Source: Epiperipatus broadwayi (lineage: Eukaryota; Animalia; Onychophora). Taken from it: a stretch of DNA of 64,000 bases. The stretch's first letter is position 1, and each line of letters begins with the position of its first letter. Positions 1 through 14,984 of the stretch are shown one piece after another. A program made the translations under genes and the position numbers. The stretch covers positions 930,001 through 994,000 of the forward strand of contig JAQFVV010000008.1 of NCBI GenBank assembly GCA_028023455.1, written 5' to 3'. A model generated the notes under the pieces. It saw only the letters and a list, made by a program, of their open reading frames with translations. It had not been told where the DNA came from and ran no database searches.

Positions 1-354
1 CCAATTATCATTGCATAAATATGAGTAAAAGTGATGATTAAGCTTAATTTATGCCTTTGTCACTATGGACTACAAATGTTTCAGTAATTGCTAATAATAA
101 ATATCCATTCACTATTTAATATTTAAGCTAATAAATTTTTTTTAAAATCTTAATAATTTACTATAGGTTAATAACTTTCAAAAACAAAAATAAATAAATA
201 AATGATATGTTATCAAATACAAAATGCCATTTTTTAATTAAAAGCACTAAAATAATTTGATAAGCAACATGATGAGTTTTTAATAAAGAGATTTCTTTTG
301 TTTCAAAACAAGATTTGAACATTTTTCTAAAGAACTGTAGAAATTAATTATTTT

Positions 355-941
355 GAAATAAATATATAGGGGTAAGATTTATGTTTTCCAGCTTAATATG
401 CATCTGCAATAATTTAATCAAACAAAACATTAACTAAAGTAATAACAACAAGTTCAATCACTTACTAATAATGAAAAGAATAATAAAATAAAATGAGTGA
501 AACCACTTTAGCTTCTTTAAGCAATTCCAAACTATTTATATGCGAAAACATTATATACAAGTCCAATTATCTGTGTGTATCCATTTCTTAGGCTTTAACA
601 CACAAACATTCTAATCTTATTTCGAATATCAGTCTAATCATTTCATTGATTCTACAATGATTAGTGCACACACTGCGTTTTTCTGCTCACATGATTGTCT
701 AATGCTGCTCTGCACCGCTAAAATGTATCCAGTTATATTTATGCAGTTTGTATTACATAGTAGGCTCATTTAAATATATTGATCTTGCTACTATATCAAA
801 TCCAGATTTTCAGCTTTACGTTAATTTTCTAGAGAACATTTATGCCAATAATAATTTTAATGGACCATTTGTATATATAATAAAAGATTTTATTAAACTT
901 TAGTTACACTAAATATACATATATATACACAGAACAATCCA
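355..941 (-). repeat. 3' LTR of gypsy element 1
   Basis: 361-430 matches 4811-4880 and 655-910 matches 4900-5180. A PPT-like GGGAGGAA (minus; 942-949) directly precedes the TG start. Confidence 0.85.
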
Positions 942-1433
942 TTCCTCCCAGACTCCAAAAAACAGTTCTTCCCAGTTACAAAAAATAATCTTGCAATCTT
1001 GTTGGTTGTCAATGAAATCTGATGAGTCTGGAGGCAGGTAAAGCTCTTTCTTCCTCCTGATTTTCCATTCCATTCACTGGATCTGGTTGTATTTATTCCT
1101 GTAGATCTGGTTGATAAGCTTGATTAGCTATGAGCATTCCTTTGTTTTGTAATTCTGAAGAGATGACAGCATGCTCCTCTTCTTCATTAGAAGTCAGCAG
1201 TTCATTGGGTAATGTAATTTGGGTTTTATCCGCATCTATTATTTCACTCTGCCGAAATCACAAATAATTGATGTGTTTCGTCAAAATTTTTCCATTATTC
1301 AGTTTAACTACTCAAATAGAGAGAACTTCCACGTCAACAGCAGGAAATTATTTCATTTTTAAAATACTATGACTCCACACTAGTTTGCCTAGGTCAAACT
1401 TTTCAATATTAAAATTATTATTCACAATAATTT

Positions 1434-1929
1434 TTACACCTTCATTAAGTGATACAGCAACAGTTCAACTGGTATTTTCATTGTTGACACCCTAGAAGTG
1501 AAATGTTGATAAAACATCACATCAACCAAAGCTTCATGTATGTTTTTGTGAGATGTTTTATTCAGTGTCACTTTCAAATGTTGCACTGCTTTTTCAGCTA
1601 AACCATTTGATTCCAGATGATAATGAGCAGTGACTATGTGTTTTATCCCTTTATTGGATAAAAACTCCTGGAACTCTTGCAATAAAAAATCCTGTCCCAT
1701 TGTCTGATACTATTGTTTCCAGAAAATGTTGACCTCCAAAGATCACTTTTAAGGCCCATATAGTACACTCTGCACTTATATTTTTAATAATATTATAATC
1801 TACCCATTTTGAATAAGAATCAATTGCAACTATGAAGATATATCCATTCATTGGAACCATGTGATCTAAATGTAAGCGTTGCCATTGTGATGTTGCTTTT
1901 GCCCATAAATCAAAAGACCTGGGAGGCAA
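1434..1929 (-). pseudogene. Gypsy integrase (rve) remnant, frameshifted
   Basis: Track ORFs give WQRLHLDH...IVAIDSYSKW, TIVSDNG and GIKHIVTAHYHLESNGLAEKAVQHLK, i.e. the D,D(35)E core. Confidence 0.9.
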
Positions 1930-2199
1930 ATCAGCAGCAGGCTGGTACTTAACACAGATGTTAACTGTTCTCTTAATGTCCTAATTCAAATTAGGCCATC
2001 AAACATGAACAAGCTAAGGCTTTCATTAGCACTATGCCTGGATGACCTTGGTGTAGCAAACTGAGTACTTGCTTCCGACTTTCTGACGGTATGAGCACTC
2101 AATCCATCATTAGAATATAGCCACTGCATGTGGATAGGCTTTCCTGAGGATTCCAGATAAATCATGCAACGTAATTCGGTCAACTTTTAGGCCATCCAA

Positions 2200-4671
2200 A
2201 TCGAATCCAATTTCTCAAGCTTTTATATTTAGGATCATTATTAGTCCACTTTTCAACTTTGGAGCTATTTACAGATTTTTGCTTCCAAATATCAATGTAA
2301 TTTATTTCTATACATTTTTACTGGAATTCACAAGCATCCAGAAAATGTGATAAAGCATCAGCATGAGTAATTTCTTTTTTTGGATTTGTAAAGTAATATG
2401 TAATCATATGCTGCTAACAAATTAATCCAATGAATCAAACGGCTGGTATGTTTAGAAGTTCTCTTATCATGTCGAAAAATTCCCAGTAATGGATGATAAT
2501 CCATATAATAAAGAATTTACATCCATACATGTATTGATGATACTTTTTAACAGAAAATATTACAGCCAGCTCTTACTTGTCAAGTTGACTATAATTTTTT
2601 TCAACAGCTGTTAGTCCTCTCTGCATACACAATATGGTGCTCTCCTCCATAACAGGAATGCGAAATGAGAGCTCCAACTCCAAAATCTGAAGCATTGGTT
2701 GTAAGAATCACTTCCTGGTCATTGTTATAATGTACAAGAACCTGCTTAAATGTTGGTAAATCTTTTGCTTTCTGGAAAGCTAGATCATACTCTTCAGGTC
2801 ATTTCCAGTGCTGTCCTTCATGCAGTAGCTCATACAATGATGTATAGAAGTGTGACTTCTCCTTCCAGGAAACTCAAAAAAAGTTAAGCAATCCTAGAAA
2901 AACCTGCAAATCTTTTAGGTTCCTAGGTTTTGGAGCATTTTTGACAGCTCTAACTTTTTCTGGGTTAGGGTATTTTCCTTTCCAGTTTATAACATGGCCC
3001 AGAAATTTAATTTCACACTAGCCCATATACATTTAAAAGCATTAATTGTAGCTCCAATTTCTGACCAATTATTAAAATGTCATCTAAATAAGGAATAACT
3101 CCTTCCATGCATTGAGATAAACCACTCATTTTTGTTTGAACATGTTTCCGAGTAACTATAATCCTATAAGGAAACTTTTGCACTTATAAAGCCCCAGATG
3201 AATACTGATCATTAGCAATTCAACAGTTCTATCCATAATGGGTATTTGATGAAACACCACCGTCTGAAGCAATGCTAAAATTTTGCGTACACTTGAGACT
3301 GGATATGCTTTTTATTTATGAATTTATTTAAGTGTAACATGATAATCTCTGCACAATCAAATGTTCTCATCCTGTTTCATAGCTGCAACAACTGGTGTAG
3401 CCCATGATGAATCTTCAACTGTAGACAAACACCTTTATCGACCATATCATTAACAGTCTGTTCAACTTTGGGATTTTAAGGCAAAGGAACCTTACATGAA
3501 TTGCATACTATAGGCTGAGCATCACTTACAATTTCAATATCCATCAGCCATGCTTTTAATTCAGCTAATCCTGGTTTAAATAAATGGGGAAACATTTTTC
3601 TAACTAAACTTTCTACATTATTTTAAGACGAATTCCCAATGGATGAAATCAATTTCTTCCTAGTAGAGGACTTATATTACTCTTTACAATGTGTAATGGT
3701 AAAATAATAGCTTTAGCATTAATATTAAACTTTCTCACTTAAATCAATTCTGTTGCCATTCATATCTGTAGCTAATACTTGTGTATTTTCTTTTACTGCT
3801 GCCATTAACTTTTATCCAGAAAGGCTAGCACCACTGTCCACTTCTATTGTAATTTTACTTTCACAAATTTTTTGCCACTTAATCTGTCTCCCCAGATTTA
3901 AAGTCCAGACTTAACTGTGTTTCACTTTCTGCAGCCATGAACTAAATGTCATTTTACAAACATTATATTTTTAAATGTCATTTTACAAACATTATATTTC
4001 TCCATTTTAAATTTACAAAATTTCTTAACATGACTTTTTCACTGCAGCAATAACAGATTAAACTTTTCTTTGACATCTTCAAACTCATAACTAAAGCTTG
4101 TGCTTTATTTACAGGAATCAAATTATTTTGCATTCTGACTAAAGTCTTAAATTCTGATGTTTCTTCTAACATTAACTTTTTGTGCCAAACATTTTCTAAG
4201 GGCTATCTTATAATTCAGATTTGACTCACTTAACTAAGTTTTTCTTAGGCTATGATCAGAGATTCCAAACAATAATTGGTCAAACAATATGTCTTCTAAC
4301 TCTGAGGCAAATTGTCAATTTTCCAAGCATACAAAATATTCTATCACAGTTTATATAATGCTACTGAGGTAATTGCCTTATCCTAAATTGCAGACAGGAT
4401 ACCCGTTTCGAAATTGCCAGCTGGAAATATACATTTAACTTCTCTTTTAACTTTTCATATGCAATGTCCCCAGGAGTTTTTGGGTCACACAATTGTTTTG
4501 AAGATTTGTAAAACACCTTTGCCAGCAAATAATTAAAAGCATAGCTATTTTGAGTCTATTTTCATAAATTTTATTTATTAGCATAGAACACTTGATGTGC
4601 TCAACATATATTTTCCATGCCAACATGTTGTTAATATCAAATATGTGAATACTACTGTTCAACATTGCCAT
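2200..4671 (-). pseudogene. Gypsy gag-protease-RT/RNase H remnants with many stops
   Basis: Gag-like WKIYVEH and EDILFDQLLFGISD; protease EVDSGAS at about 3820-3845. The RT/RNase H assignment rests mainly on position between protease and integrase. Confidence 0.75.
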
Positions 4672-4785
4672 TATTTATCAACTATAACTTAAACTAGTTC
4701 CTACATCATAAACGAATGACTACAGTCATTCAATTTCCGATTCACATCATTCTACTGTCAATTTGACTCATTCTATATCTGCTCC

Positions 4786-4803
4786 ATCCTGACAACTATG
4801 CCA
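4786..4803 (-). promoter_or_regulatory. Primer-binding site, tRNA-Ser type
   Basis: TGGCATAGTTGTCAGGAT lies just inside the 5' LTR. It matches 15/18 the complement of a tRNA-Ser 3' end (TGGCGTAGTCGGCAGGAT, recalled from the vertebrate sequence), and the mismatches fall at or next to CpGs. Confidence 0.75.
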
Positions 4804-7800
4804 TTCTGCTATATATAGGGGTAAGATTTCTGTTTACCAACTGTATATGCATCTGCAATAATTTAATCAAACAAAACATTTTAACCATTTAACTAACTTC
4901 TACAACGATTAGAACACACCTTGCATTTTTCTGCTCACAAGGTTGTACAATTTCTGCTCACACAATTGTACAACGCTACTCTGCACTGCTAGAACATATC
5001 TGGTTATATTTATGCAGTTCAGAATACATAGTAGGGTTCATTTAAATATATTGACTTGTTCAATATCAAATCCAAATTTTCAGCTTTATGCTAATTTTCT
5101 ACAGTACATTTATAATGATAATAATTTTAATAGACCATTTATATGTACAATACAAGATTTTATTAAACTTTAGTTACACTAAATATATATATTGTAACCT
5201 CCCTCATATGATTCCCAACAAATCATATACATAAATTAAATGTTAAGACAAAGATATTGATTTTCTGAAAATTGAACTGGTTAGCATGAAACCACAAATC
5301 TAAAGAAGATTACAAAGTGATCATGAAGATAATAACTTCTGGTCAAACCAGCTTTAAAATCCCCAAACAAAATATTATGAGATAAACATAATATTAGTCA
5401 AACTCATAAATAATTAATCCGGTCTATGAAATGAATATGAGATTGGAATTATAAATTAAGTAGTTAATAAATTAGAATGTAGATAATTAAATAGATGATG
5501 AAAATAAATAAGAATCAAATAAAAACTTAAACGAGCCTAAGAACGTAGAGAAGACAAAGCTGTGTTAGAATACTGAAAGATTAAGATAATGATAGATTAA
5601 GAGCTAATGACTGATTAAGATGGTAAGATGAAATAAGAATGAAGAAATAAAAGAAAGATCAAGATGAAATCGTAGAACAATGTTGATGATGGAGATCTTG
5701 AACTGTAAACTAAGATTGTATTAAATGATAATAAGATAAACTAAATAAAATAGGGATTCCAAGTTTGACAAAACCAAAATATTCACCATAAAGTCCAAAC
5801 AACCTATACGTTTTAAAACAGAAGCAAATTACACCTTAAAGTTTTGTTGACTTTAATAAAAACTATGAAAATAACATAACTCGAATCTAAGTACAATAAA
5901 TAACTGTAGATATAAAATCTATCACAAATTCAAATTCTATCACAAATTCAAATTTTACACTGCAAATTAATAACTTATTCTTATCAGGGTTCCAACAACT
6001 TAAATATTATTATACAAGATATACTTGGGTCAGTGAGAGGGATTTTGCCACTACCCAAATATAGCAAAAAAACAGCTCTTATTACAAAATAGAATTAACA
6101 AACAATATCTGGCAATTCCAGCTAAACTTTATAAACTCCATAATATTATGAACTTTAAGCTTCAAGAAATACGAATACTTTTAATAACTAAACACAATAA
6201 CTAAACACAATAACTTACCAACTTCCTTTTATCAAATAACTATGAGCAATGTGATCAAAATTGGTGAATGATATATCTGCGGTTCAAATAAACTGATTAA
6301 ATGCAAATTAAGTGTTTTATCTTTTAATATACTATTTAAAATAATATGCAACCTAGGTTAACAATATTTTGATTATTAAGTGATGATGCCTTAGATGTAC
6401 TCTTAAACCATAGGGCTTAACAAAATTATTATGATATACTAACATATAGTTAAATATACTATATTGATTGATGATGGCTTCAAAATAATAAGATAATGTG
6501 TTGACAGCAATAACAATAATAGGGTCTATGGTGATTAGCAATAAGACTACAGACAACTAAATAAACTTTTAAAACAACAATATTTATTTACATTTATTTA
6601 CAAATTTATTTCAGAAACATTATCTGATTTAAGTCAGAAACATTATACAAAATCAGGTATAGAAATTAATGTATATCCCATTAAATACACGCATAGTATA
6701 TAAAATAGTATAGTATAGTGATACCTTCATTATCACTATCATTACCAGCTATGTTTCTTCTATTTTATATTATAGAACAGGAAGGTTAAACTTTATTTAA
6801 CATAAATTAACATTCGAATTATAAAATAAAAGTGTATTCAAATCTTTGGGATAAGTGAAAATTTTATAGCTATTTTAATTATGCAAGAATATGATAAGGG
6901 CAATTATCATATGTAGCACAAATAATAATTATTATCACTTGATATGAAGAAACTTATTATATTAATGTGGGGACAGACATCAGAAGTCAAATGTATATAT
7001 GACACCAAAACCTTGCCTATGTCTTCAACATAATCATTCTAATCATTAACCTGTCTTACCAATCCATCGGTGAATTACTGCTTGATGAAAATGAAGCAAC
7101 ATCGTACATATATATGCTTGCTATGCCAGACAGAATTTCCATAATTACTAGTAAGTTATGGTTGGTTTGCTTGTAAACTGATGAAGATACTACAACATCA
7201 TATGTACACTATTCACAATTAGGCAAACCCTATAGATAAACCAGTGTCCCTGAATCTAACTTTATCCTATCATTGCTATATAATTTTAGAATACTAAGAA
7301 CTTCACCATACATGGTGGAAAACTAACTACATAACCTCATGAGGGTTCAAACAATAAAGTGAGGCTCTACAAAACAACATTATAGTTGTACAATAATATA
7401 GCTGATTCCAATACCTTTTTCCTAGATACAAAATGTGTGGACATTGTCTCGTCACAGGGAAACAGAATATGGGCTATGAATACAATCCTCTCTAGGGATT
7501 AACTGTGCTAACTAAGCATTAACTATTTATCAGCCTCAACAATGTAATCCTCTCATGGGATAAGCAATGGGAGGGTGCTCTATCTACCCATGCACAATAA
7601 CAATGATACTATATTTAATGCCACTATACGCTACATATACTTATCAGATAAAAATGATCACAAATTCTTGTCAATACAATAGCAAGATAAAATTAATTCT
7701 AACAATAAAAGTTAAAAGATAGATATCTCATTTCACAATGCATAAACTAATAGTGTATTAAACAAACTAACACTGTAAGTTAACCAACATTAATTATTTT

Positions 7801-8352
7801 AAAAAAATAATGATAATGTTTTGTTATAACAAGAAACACACATGTAGACAATGAAGAATAGCCTACATTCTATAATTAGAGTGGACATGCTAATTCATAG
7901 GCAAAATTTAATAAATGTAAAATGTTTATATAAAATATTCCATATAATAAAACGATTGTGTTATTATACTATACCTTTGACATATTATTGCCTGTTTACC
8001 CATCAATACAATATCAGAAGCTAGTTTAAAAGTGCGAGAGATGAATATCTCTTTCTCTCTGTCTAGATAAACTAGATTTAATATTATATTTTCAACCAAC
8101 TGGGAAAATATTTATCTGTCCTTAAAGTAAATATATATTCTTACCAAAAAAATATATATATTCCTCAATAACATATTACAAAGAGTATATTATAATACTA
8201 AACATGAGTAATAAACAAAAAACGAACATTTTATCCCACTTTATTTTATTGCAAAGTTTATTCCATTCTTATGAGCTGACTGATAAGGGAAACTGATACC
8301 ATGGGCAAAACATTTTATGAGTAACGCATCTATATATTTTTATTATTATTAT

Positions 8353-10600
8353 TGTAACAGTCAGAAAACGTGTGACTCGTTAACATAGTGCAGAATTCGA
8401 CCACCACATAGAACTGCAGCACCATCTAGGTAGCGAAGCCACCCGTAGTACTAAGTTCGAACATAGTTTATCGGTTCCACAATACAATCTATGAAACAAC
8501 GCATCTGATGCGACATTAGTAAACATTTCTTTAGGCACGGTGGTCAGGGATATGCAAGAGATTCATGATTTTATTTTCGAGTTAGCCAATAATCAAACTA
8601 ATATTAATTAAACATTCATATTTACATAATCGAGGAAATATTATATAGAATGGGTATCGAATAAATAAAACGTAACTGCAGACGTATAGTTTAAAATTAT
8701 TTATTGAAACATTTTAATAAAAAAAATCATTTACTAATAATATTTTATAGATTTAAAGTTTCAGTAGCGGGATTTGCGATACTATTATATATTAAAGAAT
8801 ACATTTATTTATTTAGACATATTTTATATTTAAGACCTCAGTAGCGGTATTTCCGATACTGTAATGTTTACAAAAGAAAGACATTTATTTGAAGGCGTAA
8901 TCTAGCTACCTAAAATTCTCGAGCAAGTATTTCTAAGGCATGCCTTGAGGGATTTATACCTTTGCAATGCAAGAGTCTAAAGTAAAATTTATAAGAGTAG
9001 CGGCGGACATATATTTATTTAATTAAAATATTTACTAACAACTAGGGGCAAACATTTATTTGAGAGTGAATTATGAAGATAATGCAGGGGCAGAGTGATA
9101 CATAGAATAATAAAGTTAGTTAAAGAAACACGTGGTACGTTTTAGAAAGGCGATATGGAATGGCAGTATATTGAAACTGCAAAGCCGTGAATGAGTTTAT
9201 AAGAATGATGGGCTGGCGTTTGCCATTGGCCCAAAGAAGTAAGGTGTCACATAAGCATAACCAGGGACAAGCGGTTCGTGCCGCGATTTGCCTGCTGGCT
9301 GCATGACGGTCGTCAAGTCCTACGGGACATTCATTTGTCAGCTTGTGTAGGACGACTGGGGTTAATTTCAACCCTATAGAATCCGGAATATTCACGGCTT
9401 GTAATGGGTCATCGCGTCTCTAAAACATAGCACATGTATAATGTACAGACAATCCTGTCAAGACTTAAATATATTTCTAACTCGGCCCTACATTATCAAC
9501 ATTTAATAAAGAACGTTGGCGACTCTCAAAGAAATGTAATTTTATGGAATTATTAATTAAGATTTAATAAATATAAAACATATATAAACTAGGTGATTAT
9601 TACAACTAATACGCCAGCCATTTGCTAAGTAGTAGACCCCTGCATTACAATAAATGAAGCATTGAATGCGTGTCGATTTATATGAAAATTAAGTTATTTA
9701 TGAAAGTAAATATTAATGAAAATTTGACACGCATTCACTGTTTCAAGCGATCATAGATTTAAACTTAGAAAATTATGAGCATGCGATAATTATATGATAA
9801 AATGTAGATTTTAGAAATACGTACCCAAGAAAGATAGAGTGAGGTAAGCTAGATTATTAGAAAAATTTTACACAATAAATTAATTATTAAATTTTAGTTT
9901 TACAAATGATAATTTTACATTTTATAAGTTATATAAGTAGTATGAAGAATGAGCTATAGCATATTAGTAGAGTACTCTAGAGAATTTGGACACAGGTACC
10001 TGTTTTATGAGAAGTTTTCCGATTCCATTGGTTAGTAGCAAATTGTTCATGATTAGCAGTTCTTTCCTGTATTTAGGTGGTTCATTTAATTTAACAGCAG
10101 CAGCAGCTTTCTCATTATTTTAGGCAGCAGATCTTCGTGGTTGAATTTATGAAGGGCAATGGAAGGTTTGGCATCCGATAGGCCATCTCCCGGGCGGAGA
10201 ATAGTCTGGGCGCTTTTACTCGGTCATACCGTGGCAGGAACAATTTATTTAATATTTTGGAGACTCTCAACTGATCGAGAGCAGAGCTAAAGTTAAAGTG
10301 CCTGTTTCTAGCAAGTCTAAGATGGCCTCTCTTCTTAGATCTTATCTTTCACATTTTTGTTAGTGTATTTTTAGATTCCACTTAATCTGCCCTGAGGATA
10401 ATCAATGCATTTTTGTTAATTCTAATTAGAGAAAACTGCCGTTCTATTGTTTATGTTTAGATTTTACATTTAGTTTTTGCAATTAGATTTTAGGGAATTT
10501 TTCTTTTTAATTAATCTATTATCTCTCACCGACCGATTCTTTTTAAAATTTCAAAGACAAAAAGGGAACATACGATTACTTTTACTTTTAATTAAATATT
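8353..10600 (-). mobile_element. Nested long-LTR-like segment (left end TGTAACAG; right end uncertain)
   Basis: CpG-retaining block. Shares CATTATTT..AGGCAG..GATCTT (10113-10135) with 51266-51296 and an AGCGG motif with related elements; donor-like site near 10000. Confidence 0.45.
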
Positions 10601-11725
10601 ACATCTGATTTCTAAAATTATTATTAAATGAAATTTAAACACAGCAATAAATTACGAATTTTACAATTCCAAATAAATGATTAAAAATACATATTTTTAT
10701 ATAACTAAAAGAAGAAATCTAAATTATATTACTTATCTTTATTTATTGCCTTAAATTTGAGATCAAAACGTGTGCGTGTTTATGTTGAATTTTATATATA
10801 TCTATACATTTTTAATATTGCTACACACACAATTCGATACCAAAAAGTTTAAATTTGGGTAGAATAGAGCGATGAGTGAGAGACGATAGAAAAAAAGGTG
10901 AAACTTAAGATTCGAATACGAATCTTACTGTTTCATTATATTTGATCCTGATACAATGAAACGAAATCAAACACTTCCAAAACTGTGTAGCACAAAGTAA
11001 GAATACCATGTTTATTCACATTTTCTGTAGACAATTTTCCTTAAAATGAAGCTATAATTTTAGTCAGGCCAACAAGATAAATTTTTCAAAATCATTTCCA
11101 TCCACGGTAATATCTGGAATAATTTTAAAATGATCTTGGCATTTTTAAAACTAAGAAGTAGATATTTATTTATTGATTTTTATCAGTAAATTTTAATATG
11201 TTCTTTAATGATACTAGGAAGAATTTATTCAATTGTTAGCAATTATAAATACGATATCCTTGCATTGAGAAAATACTGTAACGTTTTCCATTTTCAAGAA
11301 CAAAACCAAAATTGCACTGAAAAAAATTTATCAGATGATTTTTCTTCTTTAATAAGAATAGGAAATAAGTTCACATATTTGTTTTTTTTTTTTTAAATTG
11401 ATCAAACTTCCCTCTCTTTCAAGATAATTTTATTTGACCTATAAGTGATTACAAAAAATAAAAATATAAAATAAAAAGATAACAAGAAATAACTAGACGA
11501 GGTTACAGGGTGGTATATACAAAGAAGAAATGATCCAAAAGTCAGTAGAATATAAAATGAATGATAGTGAAGAACTTAGCCTGTGGATGCAAGGTGAATA
11601 TTATTCATCTAGTCTATAACGAAATACCTTTGTTAGTAAACCCTGTTTTGGCAAGTTATGGTTGGAGGGTTTTATTAAATCATAATAAGATATTAAATCA
11701 TAATAGATATTTTCATATAAATTAT

Positions 11726-14700
11726 TTAGGGGTTGGTTGGAGAGGTGCTGTTTAGACCAGTTGTGAATTCCCAGGTTAGTATGGCCAGGTATGGATCGGC
11801 CTCTCTCTTGTCTGTTTCTTGGATATTTTTAATTATGCTGAGGAAGCAGTTATTGATTTCGTTAAGCGGTAATTTTTGAAAAATCACCTTGCATCTGGTC
11901 AACCAGATGGCAAAGTTTATGTAGGTGGCAAGCCTGATTTCAGCGAAAATGCCTCTATTTAAAACCCCTTCAAGAGATGTTAGATCTGGACCATTATTAT
12001 CAATGTGTTTCTGGAAGTTTTGTCTTAGTCCTTGCCAGACCGGACAAAGGCGAAGGATATGGTCCATATCTTCTGGGCTGGAAAGACAGAGACAACATAT
12101 GGGATCTATGCGGAAGCCTCTTCTATTAAGAAATATAGCAGTGGAGAGGCTACCAAGGTTAATTTTGAGAAGGAAGTCTGTGTGTTTAGGTGCTAGTTTC
12201 AATCTACGGGCTAGTTTGCGCAGTTTGTTTATGTCGATGGGGAGGTAAGTGTGTGCCTTCTGGGTATTTGAGTTGGATAGGTTGAAGGCTTCCCAATAGG
12301 TTATTTTTGAATTGAACATGGACGCGGAAGGTGCTATGTGCGTAAAAATGTATGAGATCTGTATTTGAAGCCAGATGGGAGTGAACCTCTGAGGGGGCGG
12401 TCTATCAGTGGGAAGCACTTGCTCTTTGGGAAGCGGACATTGGAAGGTCCTGCAATCAGAATAAAGTTTATGGATCATATTGTAAGTTCTCTGTATTGCG
12501 AATACCTTTATTGAATGCAGTCCCAGTCCATTCATGTCTCTTGGCTTTTGAAGGGTGCGCAGACTGATAAATGATCTGCGCCCACCTCTACAGAGTCGCA
12601 GACAGTGGGATTCTACTTTTTTAATGAAAGCTTCTGTTGGTTTAAAACCCGCAAGATAATATATAATCTTGGGAAGTATGAGGGAGTTTAAGAGTGAAAC
12701 CTTTCCAAATGTGGATATATATATTCTTGAGAGGCATGTTATGGTGATGTCTATTTTGTTTAGTAGTCTTCGTTGTGTTTCCATCCTCATTGCTGTAGGG
12801 GATAGTGACATATTGAATCCCAAGAAAGGCTGAGGCATAGCTTGTAATGAACCTGTTATCCTGTTAGCTGTTTTGATATTCCAAATTGCCGATTTGTTCC
12901 TGTTAATGGTAAGCCCATGCGTCTGAGCATAGTGCTGTAATAGGCTTTCAAGAATGTTTATTTCTTCATGTGATTTAAGAAACACCACTACATCATCCAT
13001 GTAGGAGATGTGGGAGATGTTTTCATTAAGAAGAGGGATGGAGATCCCAGGGAGTGCATCCTCAATGCTCAAAAGCAAGGGATTTATATAGATCATGAAG
13101 AGGAGAGCACTTAATGGGGAGCCCTGGGGAATGGAGATGCAGGGTTTGAACCCAGGGGCAATTCTCCCATTTAGAGAAAAAAAATCTCTCGATTTGCTAG
13201 GAGATTCTCTATGATCTGAATGTATGCCAAAGGAACCTGAAGAGCCTCTAGTTCACCAAGTAGTACATCTATTCGGACAGAGTCAAAAGCCCCGGCAAAG
13301 TCTAGTTGGACTGCGACTGGCCGGGATTGTTTTGTTCTACGGATATGATCAACGAGGAGTCGAAATCGGCTTACAGCATCACCAGTCGATGAACCCCTCT
13401 TAGCATATTGATGCCTGGAAAGTTTTGATATGATTTTCTCTTGAATTTTATCTTTTATAATGCTTTCGATAATTTTGATTAGGAGAGGAACCATGGATAT
13501 TGGCCTAATGTTATTTAAGTCTACAGGTAGATCTTTCTTTTTTATGAAAGGGACCACTGATATAGGATAGATCCCTGGAAGATGTAGGCTATCAGTGGCT
13601 AAGAGATCAATGATTCCCCTTGTAACATGTATGGTAAATTTTTCCAAGTGTAACAGAAGAAATCTAGGAATTCCGTGCATGCCGGGATGAGTGTGTTCAG
13701 GCAGGCTTTTAATTTTGGAGATGATATCAGCTTCAGTAATGCTGTGAGAGTTATTTGAGTCTTTCACAAATTTGTGTCGTCTGGTAACAGTTCCAATGGG
13801 CTGCAGTTTGGTGGAATAATAATCCCTAATTTTGTTAAGCATACTGATGCCAGAGTAAGTAATACCGTCAAGGCACAAAGAGGAGGGTGTGTGATTTCTT
13901 TTTCCTGACCCGAGGGCCCATCTGATATAACCTGGAGTCCAACAATCTTGTTGTTCCAGATAATTGCGTGCTCGCTTAATACGAATATATTCCACAAGAG
14001 TCATTCTGGTTTGTTTATATGTATGTTTTAGGAGTAGAATTTGTGGGATGTTGTGTTCTGTAACTTGGATGCTTTTCAGTTCAGATGTAATCCGATCAAG
14101 TTCTGAGAGTAATCTTAATGGCCCTTTCTGGTATCTATTGTATTGGTTAATAAACTTTTGTGTTGTGGTTATAAATGTATTCCATCCTTGTAATGCTGGT
14201 AGATTCCATATCTTCTGTTCTTGAAAGGTGATGTATATATCTGAGATTAATTGGGGGGGGGCACATTGTGCCTGTTGAGTAATCTCATCGTCCGGGGGAG
14301 GTTGGTTGATGTATGAAGTTGTGGTTGCAATTTGATGGTAGCTTGAACAGCGAGATGATCTGAAAAGGCAATAGGCCAGAGCTGTGTATCTATGAACGAG
14401 ATCATTTCAGGAGAGTAGAATATGAGGTCTATGAGCGAGTGAGTACTTCTGGTATAGAAAGAGAAGGCTCCTTCATGAAAGAGTGCTTTCCCACTGTGTA
14501 TGTTTCTAGCAACCATCTTTAAATATTTTTTCTCAAAATGGTCAAAAGTGTGGTTGAAATCACCAAGCCAGATAACTGGGCTAGGGTTCGATCTAATTGC
14601 TATGTTTATATTATGTATAACTTTGTGTACTATTTGTTCATCTTTAACCAGATACACATTGATAAGAGTGAACAGAAAACCCCGGATTTGTATAGTAGCA

Positions 14701-14984
14701 ATAATGCAATTGGTATCTATGTGCAGGATTTTGAAGAAGTCAATAATTGAATTTCTATTGATGATAAGAGCAACCCCAGCGGTAGCTGAGATGGAGAATG
14801 AGTATATAAAGTAACCAAAGCTCTCAATTGTTTTTATTATCGTGGGGTCTGTGTGAAGGTGAAGCTTAGTTTCTGATAAGCAAAGTATATCTGGTTTTTG
14901 GAGTTTGAACCAATGTGAGATAGCAAACGCCCTGTCTTTGGAGTTAAGCCCCCTGACGTTGAGTGACGTTATTGTGAATGACAT
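11726..14984 (-). pseudogene. LINE ORF2 (APE endonuclease, RT, CCHC) broken by two homopolymer frameshifts
   Basis: APE motifs SLNVRGL, LSETK, GDFN, SDH; RT motifs NIRPIS, LDFAGAFD, PQGSPLS, YMDD; C-terminal CCLC...H...C. Breaks are at G9 (14253-14261) and A8 (13177-13184). Confidence 0.92.

Noticed and set aside
9120-9395. 91-aa ORF in the nested LTR-like block
   Set aside because: No recognisable domain; explained by locally higher GC content.
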